A stretch of 64,000 bases of DNA from Octopus sinensis (Eukaryota): positions 10,912,001-10,976,000 of the forward strand of contig NC_043002.1 in the NCBI RefSeq assembly GCF_006345805.1. The letters are read 5' to 3'. Below the pieces are notes generated by a model, which saw only the letters and a program-made list of their open reading frames with translations, made no database searches and was not told the origin of the DNA. The position numbers were made by a program, and so were the translations under genes. Position 1 is the first letter of the stretch, and every line of letters begins with the position of its first letter. This document shows positions 1 through 12,572 of the stretch, one piece after another.

Positions 1-915
1 ATGTGACATATACACAAAAATGATCATGAAAACGAGTAAATATAGCTGAAAATACACACTGTAGGTCGGTATACAATGAAGATATTACTGTAAAGATTTA
101 TCTTTATCCCATTAAGAAATGTTGTTAATAACACTATAATATAATATCTGCATCCGGTTACAGAATATAATAACACATACTGCAATCTGCTCCGTTATGC
201 AAAATGTAATTGTAGCTGAAGATATGTGTATAGTACAAAGAGGTACATAAAGTATGTGTGGGTGTGGTGGAATTGCCTGCGTGCGTTTGTTGTTTAATTG
301 CAAGCAATGATATATTATGAAACATAAAAGATTATAAAAGACCCAATCTGTACCATTCTGTATTATGCTGTAAATATGTTTGTAGATTGTTACACAGACT
401 TTATGGTGGTCTATAAGAATTATTGCTGTAAACTATAACCTATCCAGACGTATACTCGATAAAGTATTAATTTAAAACCAGTAGGTTAGTTTCGTGAATT
501 GTAAAAGAAAATAGTGATTACCCGCGAAGAACTGATAATTATATTTATTAACATAGAAATCTATAAAAACATTTTCATTATGATATTACTTGTTATTTGA
601 CACATAATGAATATTTAAGCATTCGCACTTCTAAGATATTCTAATACCAACCAAAACTATAAATATATTTACATGGACCACAAAAATTTTGAATAGAATA
701 CGAAGGAAGTATGTAATGTTTTAATTCGAAAGCTGTTTCAGGAAACTCAGTGTTATGTAGTAATAATAATAATCGTAATTTTTATATGCCAACCATTTTT
801 ATACACAATGGTAATTTAACTTACATACAGTTCTATATTTAAGAGATGAGAAATTGTGTACGTTAATTACATTATTTACATTCGATGGATATTTGTCCTC
901 ATCTTGTTTGTTGTT

Positions 916-961
916 AACACAACGTTTCGGCTGATATACCCTCCAGCCTTCATCAGGTGTC
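916..961 (-). ncRNA. Minimal type-I hammerhead ribozyme motif (H1)
   Basis: Minus strand reads GACAC-CUGAUGA-A-GGCUG(10 nt)CAGCC-GAA-AC-GU-U-GUGUU: full catalytic core, helices I and II paired, palindromic loopless helix III. Confidence 0.8.
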
Positions 962-1029
962 TAGAGGAAATTTCGAACCTGGGTTCTCATTCCTAACGTA
1001 TTTTTGATGTTATTATTATTGTTATGTTT

Positions 1030-1283
1030 TTTTCCTTCTTTCTTCAAATTTTCTTCCGTTTCTCGCCGAGTGTTTTCCATACACCTAGGGCAGAGAAGCT
1101 CATTGTATGCATTCCCAGATTACACGCGCAAATTCACAGACAAAATATGCATTTAAAAATTAATAAGTAAATAAATTCATGGATGGATGTTATTTTCACA
1201 GCGATAATGCACTTCTCAGTACATGAGCCGTTCCAGTTAACACGGTTTGTTGCACTTCCTGTAGGAATGGTAAGCCTGGAATC

Positions 1284-1287
<4 letters not shown>
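1030..1287 (-). mobile_element. R4/Dong-type non-LTR retrotransposon, 3' end (family A)
   Basis: Matches the 3' ends at 11693-11972 and 24268-24716. (TAA)n lies on both sides on the sense strand. Confidence 0.75.
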
Positions 1288-1322
<35 letters not shown>

Positions 1323-1388
1323 ACAACAACAACAACAACATCGAAAAATACATTAGGAATGAGAACCCAGGTTCGAAATTTCCCCCAA

Positions 1389-1434
1389 GACACCTGATGA
1401 AGACTGGAGGGTATATCAGCCGAAAAGTTGTGTT
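1389..1434 (+). ncRNA. H1 hammerhead copy with substitutions (C15.2 to A; one helix II change)
   Basis: GACACCTGATGAAGACTGGAGGGTATATCAGCCGAAAAGTTGTGTT. Confidence 0.65.
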
Positions 1435-1857
1435 AACAACAAACAAGATGAGGACAAATATCCGTGAAATGTAAATAATGTAAATAATGTTAATAATAAC
1501 CTACATACACCAGTGTGTGCGTGTGTATATGTATATATATATATATGTGTGTGTGTGTGTATGTGTGTGTATGTGTGTGTGTGTGTGTATGTCTGTGTAT
1601 GTGTGTGTGCTTGTGATCCACAAAGACCAGAACTTAACTGCAGCTCTTGGTGGTACAAATCAGATATGCAATCTAAGTGGATGTCTTTTCAATAGATTGT
1701 CTGGTTTTAAAAGTCACATCAGACGCCTTGATAGACCAAAGGTGTAAGGGCAAGAGGTGGTGAAACTCTGCATAAGGAGTAGACAACCACCCTATATATA
1801 TTATATATGTGTGCGTGCTTGTGTGTATTTACGTATGCATGTGTGTATATATATATT

Positions 1858-2430
1858 CAGGGTGCGGTGAATATATTGTCGTCTTAAAAAGTAAATTTAT
1901 GCAATACAATCGCCACTGACTTCAACCACCGCCTCCAGACGACTTCGGAATTTCCTGCAACTCTTCTGGACGGTCTCTCTGATTAAGTTAGTGAATAATG
2001 CCATTGTCCTTGCCTTCAATTCATCTTTGGTGTTACAAGGAGTTTTGTAGGTCTTTCACCCAACTGCGCCTCACACATAATAATCAGTAGGGTTGCAGTC
2101 TGGGGAGTTAGATGGTCAGATGTTAGGGGTGATGTGGTCGCAGAAATTGTCTGACGGTCATGACTGGGTTTTTCTGCTTGTGTGGCATAACGCAGAGTCC
2201 TGTTGCCAGACATAGGATCTTCCAGCAGCCACTCTCTCGATGCTGGGCAAACACTACCTTCTCACGGCACTTGATGTAGGCCTCCCTGTTGTGTCTCAGG
2301 CAGGGCAGGAAGATGAATTAAGGCATACTATAGCCATCTAACAAGTCACTCCAAACACCATGATGTTGACTGGAAGTTTGGCTTTTATTACTCTCGACAC
2401 ATGTCCTCAGACTGCATCCAAACACTCTAA
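1858..2430 (-). pseudogene. Degenerate Tc1/mariner transposase, DD37D (maT) type
   Basis: Minus-strand translation YVWQQDSALCHTSRKTQS*...NSPDCNPTDYYV*GAV...CRKFRSRLEAVVEVSGDCI. 37 residues lie between the QQD and NPTD aspartates. CAGGGTG terminus at 1858. Confidence 0.8.
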
Positions 2431-2433
2431 AAT

Positions 2434-2598
<165 letters not shown>

Positions 2599-2856
2599 GT
2601 AACATCACCGTGCTAAGAATCTCTGCTCCCCATAAACTTTGTTCAGTCCTTAGTTTCTTGCTGTGTATCTCTTCCGTTGAAATCAAATAGATCTGAGGAG
2701 TCTCATTCTTCAATGGTAGTGTGGAAGCCTCCATGGTACAGCATTTGATATGGCATGTTGTTCAGCATGATAGTAATGACCAGCAGAGAGTTTAAAAAAT
2801 AATTGCTGACGTCATGATCGCTACTCTTTGATTGTGAGGCCTTTGTTTTGCATAGA

Positions 2857-3268
2857 TATTTCTTTATTACCCACAAGGGGCTAACAAAAAGGGGACAAAC
2901 AAGGACAGACAAAGGGATTAAGTCGGTTACATTGACCCCAGTACATAACTGGTACTTAATTTATCGACCCCGAAAGGATGAAAGGCAAAGTCGACCTCGG
3001 CGGAATTTGAACTCAGAACGTAGCGGCAGACGAAATACCTATTTCTTTACTATCCACAAGGAGCTTAACACAGAGGGGACAAACAAGGACAGACAAACGG
3101 ATTAAGTCGATTACATCGTCCCCAGTACATAACTGGTACTTAATTTATTGACCCCGAAAGGATGAAAGGCAAAGTCGACCTCGGCGGAATTTGAACTCAG
3201 AACGTAAAGACAGACGAAATACCGCTAAGCATTTCGCCCGGCGTGCTAATGTTTCTGCCAGCTCGCCA
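2857..3268 (-). mobile_element. SINE-B tandem dimer (full copy plus head-less copy)
   Basis: tRNA-like head with B box GAGTTCAAATTCC, body GCCTTTCATCCTTTCGGGGTC (MetaSINE-like by inference), junction AAAGAAATA|GGTATTTCGTC near 3041. Confidence 0.85.
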
Positions 3269-3309
3269 TATGTATGTACATACATACATGCATATATACA
3301 TACATACAT

Positions 3310-3660
3310 ATTCTATCCAGATTACAAGTTCAGGTTTATGTCTGTAACTATTGGGGCCCTGGGATATGTAACCCACTGCCTAAATACCAATCTTGAGAAA
3401 TTAGGCTTCTAAAAACCAGAAAGGAGAAAACTAATTCGAAGACTACAGATACAAGCTATCACTGGAACTGTGGAAAACTGTAAAACTTTCCAGATGCTTA
3501 TCATTTAAAAATACTAGCAAATCTACCCATCTACGATGAGAAATGAAGGGAGGGTGAACAATAATAATAACTTTAAGTATAAATGTATTTATACTGAAAT
3601 ATGGCATTGGAAATGTAACAAAATATAAATAACGGTTGGTTTTCATTATATTTCATGTAC
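3310..3660 (+). mobile_element. RLE-type non-LTR retrotransposon 3' end (family II, CATA-associated)
   Basis: Translates YPDYKFRFMSVTIGALGYVTHCLNTNLEKLGF*...KLIRRLQIQAITGTV. (CATA)n lies directly 5'. Confidence 0.7.
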
Positions 3661-3677
3661 AGCTTTAGATAGTACAT

Positions 3678-4078
3678 ACTCTTTACTTGTTTCAGTCATT
3701 TGACTGCGGCCATGCTGGAGCACCGCCTTTAGTTGAGCAAATCGACCCCGGGACTTATTCTTTGTAAGCCCAGTACTTATTCTATAGGTCTCTTTTGCCG
3801 AACCACTAAGTTACGGGGACGTAAACACACCAGCATCGATTGTCAAGCAATGCTAGGGGGACAAACACAGACACACAAACATATACACACACACTTATAT
3901 ATATATACATATATACGACAGGCTTCTTTCAGTTTCCGTCTACCAAATCCACTCACAAGGCATTAGTCGACCCGGGGCTATAGCAGAAGACACTTGCCCA
4001 AGATGCCACGCAGTGGGACTGAACCCGGAACCATGTGGTTGGTTAGCAAGCTACTTACCACACAGCCACTCCTGCGCC
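3678..4078 (-). mobile_element. SINE-A (tRNA-derived, internal (TA)n(TG)n), young subfamily
   Basis: Head GGCGCAGGAGTGGCTGTGTGG, B box GGTTCAGTCCC, tail (AGTAAAAG)n. More than 10 copies in the window. Confidence 0.9.
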
Positions 4079-4129
4079 TATTCATGATATTATTATGTTT
4101 TCAAAGCTTCTTTGTAATCGATAGTTTGT

Positions 4130-4660
4130 GTTTGATCAACACTAATTTTCAAATTAGCTGAATCCGTTGCTCTGTTCGTAGCGACATACAACTGGCCGTG
4201 TGTAAACATCGGAGTGGGCAGAAACACATCAACACGATCTAAAGTCTGGCCCTGAGACTTGTTAGCTGTGAATGAGAAGGCTTGTTTGAAGGGTAAACTG
4301 ACTGCGTCGTAATTGGAAGGGAAACTGGTTGTTAAGAGGGTACCAGTGATATCCGAGGTATGAACAGGCGCTTACCACTCTGAGGGTCAATCGCTATCAC
4401 TGCCACGATGACGTGAGAATTGAGTTGCGTGACGGTGTATCTTGTCCCGTTGAAATGTCCATTGGCAGGGTCATAATTTCATTGGAGCATTACAGGGCAG
4501 TACTTTTTCAGTGGGATCCTATGCATAGGTAGTCCTGAGGGATTCAAATTGTTAAGGAAATCCTGTGGATATGGTTATTAATTTCCATCGGCTATAGTGT
4601 CCGAACTTAGACACTGTCGACTCTCTCCTGAGAAGTTGCTAATCATATGGTGACTAACAT
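4130..4660 (-). pseudogene. Helitron Pif1-type helicase C-terminal fragment
   Basis: YPQDFLNNLNPSGLPMHRIPLKKYCPVM...NGTR and FTANKSQGQTLDRVDVFLPTPMFTHGQLYVATNRA (helicase motifs V and VI). Confidence 0.85.
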
Positions 4661-5024
4661 ATTGTTTTTATTAATTTTTTATTTTTTGTCCTGGGTGCTA
4701 TACCAAATTGACATGGTTGTAGAAGGAGGGTGTTGATGGGGCTAAAAGAAACGCGCACACACACACACAGTCTTTTTCTCTCTCAGTCTGTCTTTATCAC
4801 TGTTTCTGTGTGTCTGCTTTTCTCTGTCTCTGTCTCTGTCTCTCTCTCTGTCTCTCTCTCTCTCTCTCACTCTCCCTGTATCTGTGTCTCACTACCATAT
4901 CCACAGGATTGTGAGCCCGATGCTTTAACCACTGAGCCATAAGCCTTCACTACATGCACATACGAACATACATACATACATACATACATACATACATACA
5001 TACATACATAAATACTTACATCCA

Positions 5025-5056
<32 letters not shown>

Positions 5057-5084
5057 AATATATAATTTATATCAATATTATTTA

Positions 5085-5325
5085 GTACTCTAGGTGTTGT
5101 GAGCAAATACCTAAGTGACAATCTGAAGAAGCTGAAGGTTTCAGAAAAAAAATAAGGCGGTTAACACGCACACTGTGTAACATCTGTAAATCGGACACTA
5201 AAAAATTTCGATACTTTTCTCCAAATGTGTCTTGGCTTTTATTATTCATATTCCAATGAAAACTTCAAATTACAGGAAAACTTGAAATAAATAAAACCAG
5301 AAGAGACCAAGCATGCTTGCATACA
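5085..5325 (+). mobile_element. RLE-type LINE 3' end, divergent family II member
   Basis: LGVVSKYLSDNLKKL-like translation. Preceded by (CATA)n and ends in CATACATA. Confidence 0.5.
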
Positions 5326-5331
5326 TAACGG

Positions 5332-5720
5332 TGAGTCGTGGCACTCCGTCGGTTACGACGACGAGTGGTTCCAGTTCATCCGATGAACAGAACAGCCTGC
5401 TCGTGAAATTAAAGTGTACGTTGCTTAGTACTCCACAGATAGGTGTACCCTTAACGTAGTTTTCGGGAAGATTCAACGTGACACAGAGTGTGACAAGGCT
5501 GGCCCTTTGAAACACAGGTACAACAGAAACAGGAAGAAAGAGTGAGAGAAAGTTGTGGTGAAAGAGTACAGCAGGGTTCGCCACCACCCCTTGCCGGAGC
5601 CTCGTGGAGCCTTAGGTGTTTTCACTCAATAAACACTCACAGCGCTCGGTCTGGGAATCGAAACCGCAACCCACGACCGCGTGTCCGCAGCCCTGACCAC
5701 TGAGCCATTGCGGCTTCACA
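5332..5720 (-). mobile_element. SINE-C (tRNA-derived)
   Basis: Homologous to 39922-40307 and 62288-62670. Short flanking repeat ATAACGG. Confidence 0.85.
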
Positions 5721-5888
5721 ATAACGGAAAGTAACCTTCCTGCATAGATTAGGGATGCAATACACCCAAGAAGTGAATAAATACCTTGAAATGTAGAGAA
5801 ACATTTTTCTGTTCTATATGAGGAATTACGAAACATTATTTACATTATTTACATTTGACGGATATTTGTCCTCATCTTGTTTGTAATT

Positions 5889-5934
5889 AACACAACATTT
5901 CGGCTGATATACCCTCCTGCCTTCATCAGGTGTC
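5889..5934 (-). ncRNA. H1 hammerhead copy
   Basis: GACACCUGAUGAAGGCAGGAGGGUAUAUCAGCCGAAAUGUUGUGUU. Confidence 0.7.
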
Positions 5935-6000
5935 TTGGGGAAATTTCGAACCTGGGTTCTCATTCCTAAGGTACTTTTCGATATTGTTTTTATTATTATT

Positions 6001-6554
6001 GAGTGAGAGAGCAGTGCATTCCATCAAAGTGACACTGGGGTAAAATATACGAAGCCCAATATACCCATCATGACCGCCCGTCTGACAAGGGAACACTAGG
6101 CACATGCATCACAACCATATGAGCGCGACATGGTGATCTCATATCAAGATACACAGCACATGACCTTGCAGGTGGAGCCCAGTTAGCATTTTCTTCTGGT
6201 CGAGTAACCCATCCCGCTCAAAAGGTCCCTGAATAAGGATTGTTTAAGGATGTTGAAAGAACCACCCATGTTTCCAAAGGTGAATTATTCAAACCCCAAA
6301 GAATCCCTCTCAACACATGGCTATGATGCTCCCCCACTACTTCTGCTCGTGATCAGAGATGCACATATCGTCAGCCACTAAGAGACATGCTCAACTGGTT
6401 ATGGTCAAACAACTAACAAGCAAATCTGTGGTATTGAGCAGAATATTTGCTGTAGCCCATCTTTTATACCAAGACAAATCAATGGACATGATAACACTTC
6501 CAATCAGTTACGATCAGAAGCCATGAGAGCCACTGTCTGGTACTGCATCAGGGC

Positions 6555-6558
<4 letters not shown>
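6001..6558 (-). mobile_element. 3' UTR-only copy of R4/Dong family C inserted in (TAA)n
   Basis: Same sequence follows an R4/Dong ORF fragment at 22490-22795. (TAA)n on both sides. Confidence 0.7.
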
Positions 6559-6617
<59 letters not shown>

Positions 6618-6647
6618 CATTATTATTATCATTATTATTATTATTAA

Positions 6648-6692
<45 letters not shown>

Positions 6693-7370
6693 GGTCACTG
6701 CCTGGAATCGAGCTCGCAGTTAACCACTACGCCATATGCCTGTGGGCTGGAGGGTATATCAGCCGAAACGTTGTGTCAACAACAAACAAGATGAGGTCAA
6801 ATATCTGTCAAATGTAAATAATGTAAATAATGTAAACAATAAACATTTTTCTGTTTCACTATTTTAAAGACGGCATTCAGCTACTTGTACAGAGGTTTTA
6901 AAACTGTTAATTATAGAAAAATAATTCTAAAGAATTAAGAAATAATCGCAAAACGATATACCACTGTGCATTTATATTTGATACTATCACAAACTTAAAT
7001 CGATTTAGCTCAGTAAACTAATTCCAACAATACTATTTTTATTAAGTGATTTGGTTCGCATTATTGATTTTTGAATTCCCTTAGTTCGTTTTCCTAGACC
7101 GTTAAACTAACCTATTTTATTTAGCCATGCTGGAACATTCGTGAAATAGAATTTCTTTTAAAGTGTAATTGGCGGAACCTTTTGTCTTGAAATATTTCTA
7201 GCTCAGAGCTTATAATTAAGTCTCTTCACGATTATGGACCAATCTAATACAGATTTGCATTTTAATATATATAAATGTGTATATGAGTGTTTGTATACGT
7301 TATAAATACATTTGCATCCGTGTTAGTGTACAAATACGCTCACAAACACACGTACATGCACTCATAATCT

Positions 7371-7735
7371 TTACTCTTTTACTTGTTTCAGTCATTTGAC
7401 TATGGCTATGCTGAAGCACCGCCTTTAGTCGAGTAACTCGACTAGAATTTATTCTATCGGACTCTTTCACCGATCCGCTAAGTTACGGGGACGTAAACAC
7501 ACTAGCATCGGTCGTCAACCGATGTTGGGGGGACAAATACAGACACACAAACACATACGCACATATACATATATAGGACAGGCTTCTTTCCGTTTCCATC
7601 TACCAAATCCACTCACAAGACTTTGGTCGGCCCGAGGCTATAGTAGAAGACACTTGCCCAAGGTGCCATGAAGTGGGACTGAAACCGGAATCATGGGGTT
7701 GGTAAGCAAGCTACTTACCACGCAGCCACTCCTAG
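7371..7735 (-). mobile_element. SINE-A, older copy
   Basis: Similarity to the other SINE-A copies. Confidence 0.85.
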
Positions 7736-7969
<234 letters not shown>

Positions 7970-8011
7970 TGAATATCTGTATATATGTGAACATGTAGTA
8001 TGTGTATATTT

Positions 8012-8206
8012 ATTTCTTTATTGTCCACAGGAGGCTAAACATAGAGGGGACAAACAAAGACAGACAAAGACGACCACAGTACGTAACTGGTATTTATTTA
8101 ATCGATCCCGAAAGGATGAAAGGCAAAGTCGATCTCGGCGGTATTTGAACTCAGAACGTACCGGCAGACGAAATACCGGCGTGCTAACGATTTTGCCAGC
8201 TCGCCG
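8012..8206 (-). mobile_element. SINE-B
   Basis: Similarity to the other SINE-B copies; internal deletions. Confidence 0.85.
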
Positions 8207-8344
8207 TCCTAGTGTGTAGATTACTTCATCGATGCTGAAGGGACTTCACAGACTGTTCTTTGCTGTTTCACGTAACCAATCAGTTTCGTGAAACACCAAA
8301 GTGTTAAAGAGTATTAAAGAGTATCAGTTTGTGAATTTTTGTCA

Positions 8345-8765
8345 TCTGTATATATAAAAGTTAGGATGTGTGTGTTTGTGTGTGTACGTGAATGTAATTT
8401 ACGCACGTCCACAATTTAGCACGCATGTCGCACCAATTTTAGGAGGACATTCGTCATGACTCTAGCTGTATTTTCGTTCACTTATTTTTCCCAGAGGCTC
8501 CAGTAAATAGCAGTAAAAATAAATTTTCAACCAAAACTTTTAAGAATTTTCAAGTTGGAGAAATCACCATTGTTTGCAAACAGGAATTAAGTCACCTTCT
8601 AGCGACGAGTAAGTTTTTGTTAAGACTTTTCTTCTTGTTTCTTTTCTATCGAGGAAAAAATTGTTTTGTTGATATACGGGCAACACACACACACGGACAT
8701 GTATGCGTCCCAAAAACATGTATGCAATAGGTGTACGTACGTGTGTGTGTGTGTGTGTGTGTTGC

Positions 8766-8817
<52 letters not shown>

Positions 8818-8932
8818 ATTTCAACGGATTTCGCTCAAATTTGACATCGATGTTACTTAGTTTGGTTTGAAATAAAGAACTTGATTAGCTTAATAATCCT
8901 AAACTAATCTCGGGCAAAACCGGGTTATACAG
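8345..8932 (+). mobile_element. Probable non-autonomous Helitron-like element
   Basis: 5' TCTGTATATATAAAAG start; 3' hairpin-like CTCGGGCAAAACCGGG followed by CAGCTCGT (CTAG-like end). Confidence 0.5.
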
Positions 8933-9039
8933 CTCGTCTTCAATAAAATATTATCGTACTTAAATTTGCTATTCGAGTACTACTTTCTCCATGTTTTGTT
9001 ACTGCGTGTTCATATTAGTGTGTGTCTGCAAATGTATTT

Positions 9040-9714
9040 GTTTGACGCTTGTGAAAAATGGAAAAGTGTTTTACGCTTTGAGCCTCCGCTCTTCAACAGA
9101 AAAGAATAAGAGTAAATAAGCAAAGAGAGAATTAAACAAAAACTTTTAGATTTCAGCGGTCCAACATGGCGGATGCAGCCCGATGGTGGCTTAACTGTCT
9201 GAAACTTCCAAATCATTCTCAATAGTGTTCTTTCTTAAGAACAATAAATACAGCCTAATCCAACAGATTATTATAACTGAACATAAACACAAACTCGCAC
9301 ATATATAATTCAAATTTACAGAAAACAAAAGACGAAGAAAGATTAAAGAACAACAAGCAGGTGTATTAGTCTAACTCTCTGGAAGAATGGAAAAGACTTT
9401 GACATTTCGAGCCTACGCTCTTCGACAGAAAGGATTGAGGGGAAAAAATGGAATGAGAAGGGAAAAAAAACGGTGAGAAAAATCTATATTATATATATTA
9501 CGATGATGATGCACGTGAAAATACAGAATATGGTTTGACAAGAATACTATTGACAGTAACTTAGAAGATTCGGGTAGTTAATCCATCGTCGAACTACGAT
9601 CGCAGACCAACAGTGGCTTAACTACCCGAAACTTCCAGTCACTCTTAATAGCGTTCTTTCTTCAGAACAACAAATATAGCATAATCCAACAGATTGTTAT
9701 AACTGAACATAAAA

Positions 9715-9720
<6 letters not shown>
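9040..9720 (-). repeat. Diverged partial tandem duplication, each unit with an atypical hammerhead-like motif (H5)
   Basis: 9053-9112 matches 9380-9440; 9170-9300 matches 9600-9720. Confidence 0.65.
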
Positions 9721-9745
<25 letters not shown>

Positions 9746-9842
9746 TCATATACATACATACATACATACATACATACATACATACATACATACATACATA
9801 CAAGTATATATATGTGTGTGTGTGTATGTATGTATGTATATA

Positions 9843-10722
9843 CGAGGTCTGATCAACAATTATCCGGGTTGTTGCCATAGTAACGAAGCTAAAGACAGCA
9901 GAGTGAAGCTGCTTGGCACAGATTGACCTTCACCTCTGTTGCGCATGTGCACTAAGTTTTAACATTCTAGCTCGCTTCCGCTGTTTACAGCAGTGCTTGA
10001 AATTAAGGTGTGTAACATGAGGCTGTCGCATTGACCATGAGAAAGTTGTGATGGCGATATCTGCGCAGAGGCCTACACCAATTTGCAGGAAGTGTAGGGA
10101 GAGGCGTGTATGAGAAGCACACAAGTGTGCGAGTGGTTCCGGTGCTTTCAAGAAGGCCGAAAAAATGTCGATAGTGACGAACGTTCTGGGAGAAAATTCA
10201 ACCAGCATAACTCAGAAAAACATCGCAGATGTGCGTGCAGCTGTGAGGGGAAATCGTCGAATGACCATCCGTGAATTATCAGAGTATGTACAGATTGGTT
10301 TCGGTTGAGTTCAGTCCATTAGCCCTGAAGATTTGGGTATGAGACGCTTTTCTGCAAAGTTTGTGCCAAAACTGCTTTCAGCTGACTAAAAGAACACTCA
10401 GGTTTCAGTTGCAGAGGATCTCCTTGATTGTATCGAGAACGCTGAAAACCTTTTGAAATCTTTGCGTAGGCCTCTGAACAGGTATCGTCAAGCCTTGATC
10501 CAGATTCCCTGCTCAACTTTCTCTGTCATGAGCAATGCTATGAACACACGCTACACACCTCCCTTCCAAGCACTGCTGTAAACAGCGGAAGCGAGCTAGA
10601 GAATTAAAACATAGTGCCTATGCACAGCGAAGTTCAAGGTCAACCTGTGCCAAGCCGCTTCACTCTATGTAATTTAGCTTCGTACTATGGCAACAATCTG
10701 GATACTTATTGATCAAACCACG
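9843..10722 (+). mobile_element. Internally deleted mariner with about 155-bp terminal inverted repeats
   Basis: TA|CGAGGTCTGATCAAC...GATCAAACCACG|CA ends. Internal WFRCFQEGRKNVDSDERSGR and DLGMRRFSAKFVPKLLS (N-terminal transposase only). Confidence 0.9.
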
Positions 10723-10769
<47 letters not shown>

Positions 10770-11280
10770 GTGTGTGTGCGTGTGAGTATACATTTATACG
10801 TATCTATATATATGAGATCCACCATGCGAGTAGATATCTTATTTAGTAACGTACATATTCTCTCCTTTCTCAATTCATATTTTATATTCATATTTCTCTT
10901 TTTTGATAACGATTATCACCCGTCGGGCTCTCTTTTTCCTTCATTTCACACACTACTTTACATTAAGCATTTGCTTCTTATGTTTTGGCTTGATACTTCT
11001 GCACTTTTAAGGTACGTATTATTCATCAGATAACACGTAGTATTTATCTGTATGTCTGTATATATGCATTTGCTTGTATTTATATATATATATGCATATA
11101 GCATACAGACTCCCACACACACAACGCACACACGCACGCACATATATACATACAGGCACAGAGTGAAACCGGCAGTCAGATACACACACTCACATAGAAA
11201 CACAGAAACACGTACAGTGACAGACTGAGACAAGACAAATAAACCGATGTGCACTTGTTTGGGATGCATCTATATAATAT

Positions 11281-11374
11281 AATACTAACAACAACAACAA
11301 CAACAATAATAATAATAAAATAATAATAATAATAATAATTATGATAATAATAATAATAATAATATAATAATAAT

Positions 11375-11455
<81 letters not shown>

Positions 11456-11494
11456 TATAATAATAATAATAATTATAATAATAATATAATTATG

Positions 11495-11530
<36 letters not shown>

Positions 11531-11692
11531 TAATAATAATAATATAATAATAATATGATAATATAATAATAATAATAATAATAATAATTATAATAATAAT
11601 AATAATAATAATAATAAAATAATAATAATAATATAATAATAATAATAATATAATATAATAATAATAATAATTATAATAATAATAATAATAAT
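11281..11692. repeat. Long interrupted (TAA)n microsatellite
   Basis: Read directly from sequence. Confidence 0.95.
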
Positions 11693-11970
11693 ATGAAACC
11701 TATTTGAAAATGATACCAGGTTTACCATCCCTACAGGAAGTGCAAAAAATCGTCTTAACTGGAACGACTCATGTACTGAGAAGAGCATTATCGCTGTGAA
11801 TAACAACATCCATTCATGAATTTATTTATTTATTAGTTTTTTTTAATATATATATTTTATCTGTGAATTTGCGCGTGTAATCTGGGAATGCATACAATGA
11901 GATTCTCTGTCCTAGATGTACGGAAAACACTCGACGAGAAATGGAAGAAAATTTGAAGAAAGAAGGAAAA

Positions 11971-11972
<2 letters not shown>
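11693..11972 (+). mobile_element. R4/Dong-type LINE, 5'-truncated (family A)
   Basis: ETYLKMIPGLPSLQEVQKIVLTGTTHVLRRALSL* plus 3' UTR, flanked by (TAA)n. Confidence 0.8.
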
Positions 11973-12027
<55 letters not shown>

Positions 12028-12115
12028 TTAATAATAATAGTAATAATAATAATAATAATAATAGTAATAATAATAATAGTAATAATAATAATAGTAATAG
12101 TAATAATAATAATAT

Positions 12116-12502
12116 AAAGCCCTACTCATTGAAATTGAGAAAATGTGGCATCTCAAGGCGGTTACAATACCAGTGAACGTAGGAGCACTAGGAATGATCA
12201 AGAAGGGAACCGAAAATTATATGAGAATGATCCCTGGCTTACCATCCCTGCAAGAAGTGCAAAAGATTGTCTTAACTGGTACATCACACGTATTGAGAAG
12301 AGCATTGTCGATGTGAGAACTGTTGCTGCTCATGTATTTTAATTTAACTTTAAAAAAAAAGTTTTTAATGTTTTTTTAAATGAACGAACTATTGAGTTTG
12401 GTTTAATGGCCTACCAATGTATACTATGAGTTTCTTTGCCCTAGGAGTCGGGAAGACACTCGGCAAGAAATGGAAGCAAATTTGAAAGAAGAAAGAAAAA
12501 AG
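12116..12502 (+). mobile_element. R4/Dong-type LINE, 5'-truncated (family A variant)
   Basis: KALLIEIEKMWHLKAVTIPVNVGALGMIKKG...LRRALSM*, flanked by (TAA)n. Confidence 0.8.
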
Positions 12503-12553
<51 letters not shown>

Positions 12554-12572
12554 TGATGATGATAATAATAAT

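Larger units (their letters stand above)
830..1496. mobile_element. Hammerhead-bearing SINE (H1), foldback insertion 1: antisense arm 830-1020, sense arm 1321-1496, R4/Dong fragment nested in the internal (TAA)n
   Basis: The two arms are reverse complements of each other. Flanking direct repeat TAACTTACATACA (817-829) / TAACCTACATACA (1497-1509). Confidence 0.8.
5811..6840. mobile_element. Hammerhead-bearing SINE (H1), foldback insertion 2
   Basis: Antisense copy 5811-6747, with tRNA head at 6691-6747 and Dong UTR nested in the (TAA)n. Sense 3' half at 6745-6838. Identical 15-bp flanks AAACATTTTTCTGTT at 5799-5813 and 6841-6855. Confidence 0.85.

Noticed and set aside
2060-2210. Three Trp codons of the maT fragment all read TGA
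   Set aside because: An Arg codon nearby is also TGA and the element is otherwise decayed; ordinary G-to-A drift is sufficient, with no need for an alternative code or an editing enzyme.
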